Assembly (NCBI GenBank): GCA_964016885.1
Contig: OZ024754.1
Span: 3,596,001-3,660,000, forward strand
Length of the DNA: 64,000 nt
From: Eledone cirrhosa
Lineage: Eukaryota
Direction: 5' to 3'
Every line of letters begins with the position of its first letter. Position 1 is the first letter of the stretch. The translations under genes and the position numbers were made by a program. Of this stretch, positions 56,735 to 64,000 are shown piece after piece. The notes below the pieces were generated by a model, which was not told where the DNA came from, did not search any database, and saw only the letters and a list, made by a program, of their open reading frames with translations.

Positions 56735-56904
56735 TATATATAAATATATATATATATTAGAGAAAAAGGAAAATAATGACTTCACTTGTAATCCTAAATA
56801 ATCTGATTTATTTTTATATTATAATATAAAATTAAAGCAAATTAGAAGTCATTCTTTTCCTTTTTCTCAAATATACCTAACTGTACCAAGGATTTCACAC
56901 ATTT

Positions 56905-56986
<82 letters not shown>

Positions 56987-56987
<1 letters not shown>

Positions 56988-57185
56988 ACGAAGGAGGTGT
57001 GGTAAGGAACCAGAGGGACCATAACGCACCAAAGTACTCAATACTTAGGGTAGTAGAGTGGGTAATAGGAAAATGTTTGACACCGATGGCAGAGCTCAAG
57101 CCGTTTCGACGCCTATTTCTGGACGGGTATTTCTTTCCAGAAATAGCCGTCGAAACGGCTTGAGCTCTGCTGTCGAGGTCAAACA

Positions 57186-57191
<6 letters not shown>
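56987..57191 (-). mobile_element. Family B fold-back mini-element
   Basis: Tail on minus strand; junction ttctggacgggtatttctttccagaa. Confidence 0.8.
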
Positions 57192-57620
<429 letters not shown>

Positions 57621-57629
57621 GAGAGAGAG

Positions 57630-57676
<47 letters not shown>

Positions 57677-57858
57677 ACGAGAGAGAGAGAGTTAGAGAGA
57701 GAGAGAGAGAGAGAGAGTTAGAGAGGGTGCAAAAGAGAGTCATAGCAGAACTGAAAGGATGTACGGTAATGGAGATTGTAGTGGATGTTGAGCTAACAAT
57801 GGCGACCCACGGTATTTACATTGTATACGACTTTCAAACAATCCTGCTATTTCGTCGA

Positions 57859-57902
<44 letters not shown>

Positions 57903-57904
<2 letters not shown>

Positions 57905-58288
57905 GATATTAAAAAATGGAAACTATATTTATAAAACCATATTTATTTCATTATACATATTTCAAGGACACCAAGTTAAATTATGGTGTGCTTTCATGAG
58001 ACAAAATATAATATAGATCAGTTTTATAAATAAATATTGACATACCCTTAAAAAATACAACCATTACTGTTGGAAGCTCCCGGATCTATATTATATTTTG
58101 TCTGATGAAAGCACACCATAATTTAACTTGGTGTCCTTGAAATATGTATAATGAAATAAATATGGTTTTATAAATATAGTTTCCATTTGTTAATATCGTA
58201 TGTTTACTCCAAATACTTGTTGCGTGCTTTATATCAGTTATAAAAATATTTGCTTGTTGTATCCCAACAATTTAAATAGAACTTCTAC
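57903..58288 (+). mobile_element. Family C2 fold-back element; hammerheads at 57944-58008 (-, mutated) and 58094-58158 (+, intact)
   Basis: tattttgt-CTGATGA-aagcacacca..tggtgtcctt-GAAA-tatgta-TA-atgaaata, plus an inverted arm. Confidence 0.82.
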
Positions 58289-58293
58289 ATATA

Positions 58294-58380
<87 letters not shown>

Positions 58381-58385
<5 letters not shown>

Positions 58386-58582
58386 TGTAATAAACAACAT
58401 AAGGTATTTATTTCATTTACCAGTGGTTTCTTGAAAGCAAACAAATTTGTTTGCTTTCAAGAAACCACTGGTAAATGAAATAATTACCTTATGTTGTTTA
58501 CTACATAACTATTAAGCTCTATAACCTACATAGAGCACTCTTTTTTCCTGGACCTTTCCGACGGAATTACTTCATTCACACA

Positions 58583-58585
<3 letters not shown>
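58381..58585 (+). mobile_element. Family K fold-back element with 3' half-hammerhead
   Basis: 65-bp arms centred at 58445/58446; GAAA-ccactgg-TA-aatgaaata; tail taGAGCACtc; TA flanks. Confidence 0.68.
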
Positions 58586-58647
<62 letters not shown>

Positions 58648-59786
58648 TCATTCAAAACCACATATAAACAAACATTCACACACAAACACACACCGTATAC
58701 ATATATATAAATACATTATAAATAGTCATGTATATACGTGTATATACATATGTACAAACATATGCACATATGTGTACGCACATATGCATACACACATATA
58801 CATACATATATACATAGTCACATTCATGCATAGAAATACACGCATTTACACGTTCATGTACACAAATGCTCATATCAAGAACACACACATCCTAGTGACA
58901 ATTTCAAACGTCATGTCTTTGATATTGATTTCAAAATATAATAACGATGAGAAAAAAAAAAAAAATTAACAGAATTATCAACTTGTGACAGATTCTCTAC
59001 TGGCCAAACAATGAATTATTATCTAAGACTCTTCTGCTTCCCTTTTGTTCCATATCCCAGCGATATAGGTGTGAAATTCAATTCCCATTAGCTGAGAATA
59101 CAAATGATTTCAATTAAAGTGGATTATCAATAAAATCCCTGTGGAATAGCAAATGTTGACAATATTTACAGGAGATGTCTTCAGACATCAAACACAGACA
59201 CACATTATAAATTCGCCATTGGGGGCATGTGATTCTAGATGATTTTTTTTCCTTCCTAAATTTCTTCGTGTATAGAAGCATACACATCCATATACATACG
59301 TACACACACACACACACACATATATATGCAGAGGATATTATGTATATTTCTATGATTATATATAATTATGGATACGTGTGTATATAATTATGCATACGAA
59401 GACACACACACACAAACACACACACACGTGTGTGTGTAGTACAGAATTATGAAAAGGATTTAACGTATTATGCAAACACATATACACACCCACATTGTGA
59501 GCCATTATCTGCCAAGCACGAGTAGACAAACACCCAAACCTTTATATATATATATACACCTATACATTACAACTTTAGATCAGTTTTACAATCGCCACCG
59601 ACGAATGCGAGAACGTTCTACAGAAAGTAAACCAAGATTCAGAATTAAATAAATTATCCACCAAAGTTAACAAACGACTTATTAGATCTACACAGCAAAA
59701 GTATAACATTTTAAAATTATATACTTAAATTGATATAGAATACCAACTACAAGTAAAGTCATTTCTTTCCTCTTTTCATATATATT

Positions 59787-59819
<33 letters not shown>

Positions 59820-59821
<2 letters not shown>

Positions 59822-59945
59822 CGGATTCAATAGGTTGTAACCACAGTAAGTAAAGTACTCAATACATAGCAGAGTATAAATACTTAATAGAAAAATGGCT
59901 TCAACAGGACTAGAACTGTTTAATTCGAAGGAAATCATCAGGAAA
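59820..59945 (-). mobile_element. Family A decayed copy
   Basis: ccacagtaagtaaagtactcaatacatagcagag...caggactagaactg...tcatcagg; GAAA box mutated. Confidence 0.7.
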
Positions 59946-60960
59946 ACTTTCCGTGGGTGCAACATAAATGAAAGTTTATGGAATTTGATTCTGAATAATT
60001 AAATAATTTGTTTCTCAGTCCCGAGTTCGATCCTTCGTGTGTTACCTTTAACAAGTAACATGTACTATATCCGAGGGTTGACCTATCCATTGTGAGTCAT
60101 ATCGTATAGACGGAAACCCTGTTGAAAGCTCCTCTCTTGCCGTGTACCTGTAATTGAAAGGGATATATCTATCATTCAGGGTGCCGTTGAATCTCCTAGA
60201 GAATAAGGTTAAGGGTACACGCGTTTGTAGAATGTTCAACGACTTACTTGCTAATTATCGTAAGTAGTGCACTCCTCGTAGAAACCGACGTAGGTCTGTT
60301 CATCACAATTCTACTTTTTATCGATTTTTGTCTTACTCTATTTATGTCTTCCTCCCCTCTTTACCCCTCCCTTTGCCCATCTTTTATAATATCTCCCTTT
60401 TCACACCTTTAATATTTCATACCAAGCTCACTCACCCAAAACTATAATATTCAGTTGGATTTTTCACCAATTCTTGCTCAAACCTCCATTCTCCTTTTAC
60501 ATGTCCTTCCCCCCTCGTTTTTTAAATCTCACACTTATTATGTATCCCTCTCTTTCTCTCCTTCTTTCACTTTTGTTTGGTAGTTTTCCTTATCTTTCTT
60601 TTATCTCACCCTCCAACAATTATTCTCTATCCCAAAGGTCTTTCTTTAACACAGAAAACGTTAAAGTACGTCAAGTGACACCCTATAAACGTCAACCAAT
60701 ATTCACTTATAAATATGCTAACTTAAAACATCGCTATTATCAGCAGATTCATTGCAGCCTTCGACAAAACGTTTTGCGGTATTTTCTCCGACGATTTACG
60801 ATCAATGTTCAATCCTGCTGAGGCTAATTTGGCTTTTTATTCTTCTTTGGTCGATAGAATGTAATGTCAATCATGTAGAGGTCGATACATCCTCTTTCTT
60901 CACTCCATAAATCCTTGACTTTTACCTGACTAAATTAGAAACAATTATTAGGATTATTTG

Positions 60961-61150
60961 GGGCGGTGGATTGGCAGTATCGGTAAAGGGCGGGACGCCA
61001 TGCTTTGACGCATAGAGTTACGGTCCTTGGCATTCTGAGTTCAGATCCCGCCGAGGTTAACTTTGCCTTTCATCCTTACGGGTCGATAAAATAAAGTACC
61101 AGTAATAGACTGGGATAAATGCTGGCCTTGTGCCAAAAGTAGAAACAATT
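60961..61150 (+). mobile_element. OK-like tRNA SINE, full length
   Basis: gggcggtggattggcagtatcgg A-box, gagttcagatccc B-box, conserved body. Confidence 0.85.
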
Positions 61151-63727
61151 ATTAGGATTATTTATATTAATAATAATTATAATTCTTTCTGATAAAGACC
61201 AGCAATGTTGGGGAGGGAATGTCGATTAAATCGACCTTTGTGTATGACTGGTACTTTATTTTATCGACCCCGTAAACAAAAAAAAAAAAGAAAAATGAAA
61301 CAGAAAGTGAGAAAACAGAAAAAAAGACGACGGGATGATTTAAAGAATTGATAGTATGGAATGTACTGAAAGGAGGCAGTAAAATCTAAATTATTTGCTA
61401 TGAAGTAAATTTCAGCTGCCCCTACAGAGATCGTTTCTGATTTAGGCACAAGGCTACCAATTTATAGGGAGCGTTAAATGTCTAGTGACATGCGTTGTAT
61501 CAACTAATCCATCTCAGATGCCTCCTTCCTCTAGCGGGATAGGCTTTTTTCCGATTTGAGTAAGCAAATCTACAGTAAAAAGAACGAGACCAAACTATTT
61601 CTTTAAACCAGCTATCTAAAATCGTTCATTTCTTATCAACTCCGATGACAGTTCACGTTTGTTTTGGCAAGGATTTGAAAGTAGATCTTTGAAAGTCCAA
61701 ATCAAATACATGTCATTTAAATCGATACAGTAACACATCTGCTATTTCGCCACCTTGTTGCTGTGTGGTGTCCTTGTATTATATGTTTTGGCCGCATATA
61801 GCTGTAAATAGACAAAATCGTTAGAACTTCCAACAAATTACCTGATCTATCTACGCCATTTACGTTCTTAGTTCAAATAACACCAAGGTCAACTTTGTCG
61901 TTCATACTTTTATGAACGATATATTACATCCCAAATACTTGGGTAAAATTAATCGACTTTTCACTCATTATAATATTCCTAACCTTTTCCTTAAAATTCT
62001 CTCACTTCTTTCTGTTCAAACCAGCTGTAACTGGTTGCTCATGTTTACATTAAGGTATTGTTCTCAAAATAAATAACACGAACATCTCATAGATTCGATG
62101 TTATGTGAGATAATTATGTGAGGTAAAGCCTTTACAACAAACATACAATAGTATATATACAGTAATGTAAATGTTAAAGGGTTAAAGCATAAATTATTTT
62201 GAAGATATTCGGCGTTTCTTTGGCCTAATCGTTAGAAAATGGAACAAATTACTTTGTGATATGTTGCCGGATTTTGGGTGATTTTTTTTATCACGCCGAG
62301 GACACCTTTGCCTTACATCATTTCTGAATCAATAAATAATATACCAATCAAGCATTTTACACTAAATTACTGATCTCCTGTTCAACCTCCACAGTTGCTG
62401 GCATTGTAAATAAAGTAGAAGCAATTATTTTATACGATCCCCTTTGTGAAGCAGATATTTAAGAAGTGAAAGGTGTTATCGCGTGCGTACAAGATGCACC
62501 GTCAGTACTTTTAAGGAGAGAAATTCATTAATGTTCACTGTTCATTAATGAAGTGTATGGAATACATTCCTAAACTCTATATACCTCATATATGACAATT
62601 CCGGAAGTTTTCCTGCTTGAAAAGTAATTTTCATCGTTCATCACTATTATTTTCCTTCTATCGTTATTATTATTATTTTTATTTTTTTCGTTAAAAAACC
62701 CTATTTTTTTAAAATACTTTGTTCTATGTGTTGATGTTGAAAAGAATGTGCTATCGGCAGCAGATCATGACAGAAAGAAACAGCGAAAACTTTTCATCGG
62801 GGTAGAAAGCAAGCATGCAAAAGCACAACTGAAAATAGATGCTATAAACAGATAAGCATCGAAAGATTTCCTAAGTTTACACAAGTTTAGATTAGACGAG
62901 ATCATTATCAGTGTGGAAATGTGACAAATATTTTGGCAGGGTAAACAGAGAATATCAGAGAGATATTGTGAGGAGAGAAAACAGAGATGGATATAGAATT
63001 CAGTGAGGGGACTATGACAATGTTATACCGGGAGGGAGTGAAAGAGAGAGAGAAAAAGAGGGAGAGTGTGAATGAATTTGTGCGAAGGAAAGAGAGAGGA
63101 AATGATAGTGAGAGATAGAACGATTAACAGACAAAGTTTTCTTCTGTAGGCAATTAAAACGTTGAGGTTTTTAGATAAATATCGGCGATATATGTTTTGG
63201 AACAAGAGCTTGTTGAGGACATACACACTTGGGCTAATTAAAGGCAGGCAAAACGTTTTAATTCCTCTAATAACACTTACGAGTAAAAACGACGACGATG
63301 ATGAAGATGAGGGAAAAAATGACGATGGTGGTGGTGGTGGTGGTGGTGGTGGTGATGGTAATGTTATTAAATGCACTACTTTTTAGCAGAGGTAGATTTG
63401 ACTATCAACCGAGGTCCTAGAAAATTGAAAGGCAATGTTGACCCCTGTGGGATTGAAAACAAACACACACACAATAAAAAAAACTAACAATATTGGGCAT
63501 GGATTTTGCTAATCCTACGAATTTTACAGGCTCAACAATATTAGAGAAATATATATAGGCACAAAGAGAATTAATATGACGGGTGACGAAAAATTAGTCG
63601 ATTTAATTAGCCTCTGTTATTTGGCTGACACGTTATTTCATAAAGATTTGAAAGTTAGATTGCAAAGTCTAGTACTGGGGTCGATTCTTCCGCTATATCT
63701 CTTTCTCACTTTCTCTTTCTCACTGAG

Positions 63728-63820
63728 AAGAAATCTTCTGTGTTCAGACAAGGGGAAGGATGGGCTCCAGCAGGCTTTAAAAAGCCCAAGAAACGCCGCA
63801 TGTCGATATGGAATCTCTAA
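63728..63820 (+). CDS. Possible terminal coding exon of an unknown host gene
   Basis: Long polypyrimidine tract and AG, then a non-repetitive frame KKSSVFRQGEGWAPAGFKKPKKRRMSIWNL*; no recognised homology. Confidence 0.22.
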   Translation, partial: KKSSVFRQGEGWAPAGFKKPKKRRMSIWNL

Positions 63821-64000
63821 GACTCCATCAACAGTTAAATCATCAGAAAATACATTAAAACGATAGAGTTAAAGAAAGGTATGTTTGTTACAAGTCAGGT
63901 TTGTTTTAGAATCAGTAAGTATGCATCAAGCCAACAATACACATCACTATACTATTAAACAGATATAAGTTATTTGTATTTAATGACGACCAATCAATAT

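Noticed and set aside
60961-61055. tRNA gene
   Set aside because: The A/B boxes belong to SINE heads; there is no full cloverleaf and the SINE body follows.

Overview
Eukaryotic, extremely microsatellite-rich, gene-poor animal DNA. The SINE types and (TA)n/(GA)n/(GT)n load suggest a cephalopod such as Octopus (inference). The only convincing long ORF is the window-truncated ORF2 (RT plus C-terminal Cys/His knuckle) of a young L1/Tx1-clade LINE at 1-2628. All other ORF-track entries are translations of simple repeats. The window also holds tRNA-derived SINEs, decayed RTE and R4/Dong fragments, and several minisatellites. The main hidden structure is a dense set of short (100-450 bp) elements between (TA)n tracts, belonging to more than 10 sequence families. 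Most carry a minimal type-I hammerhead ribozyme (CTGANGA...GAAA...TH) with a tiny palindromic stem III, as in Penelope-like element (PLE) pLTRs. Many are asymmetric fold-back (inverted) duplications, and otherwise dissimilar families share a GAGTRC motif about 30-75 nt from the 3' end. All structures were read by eye and none was computed.
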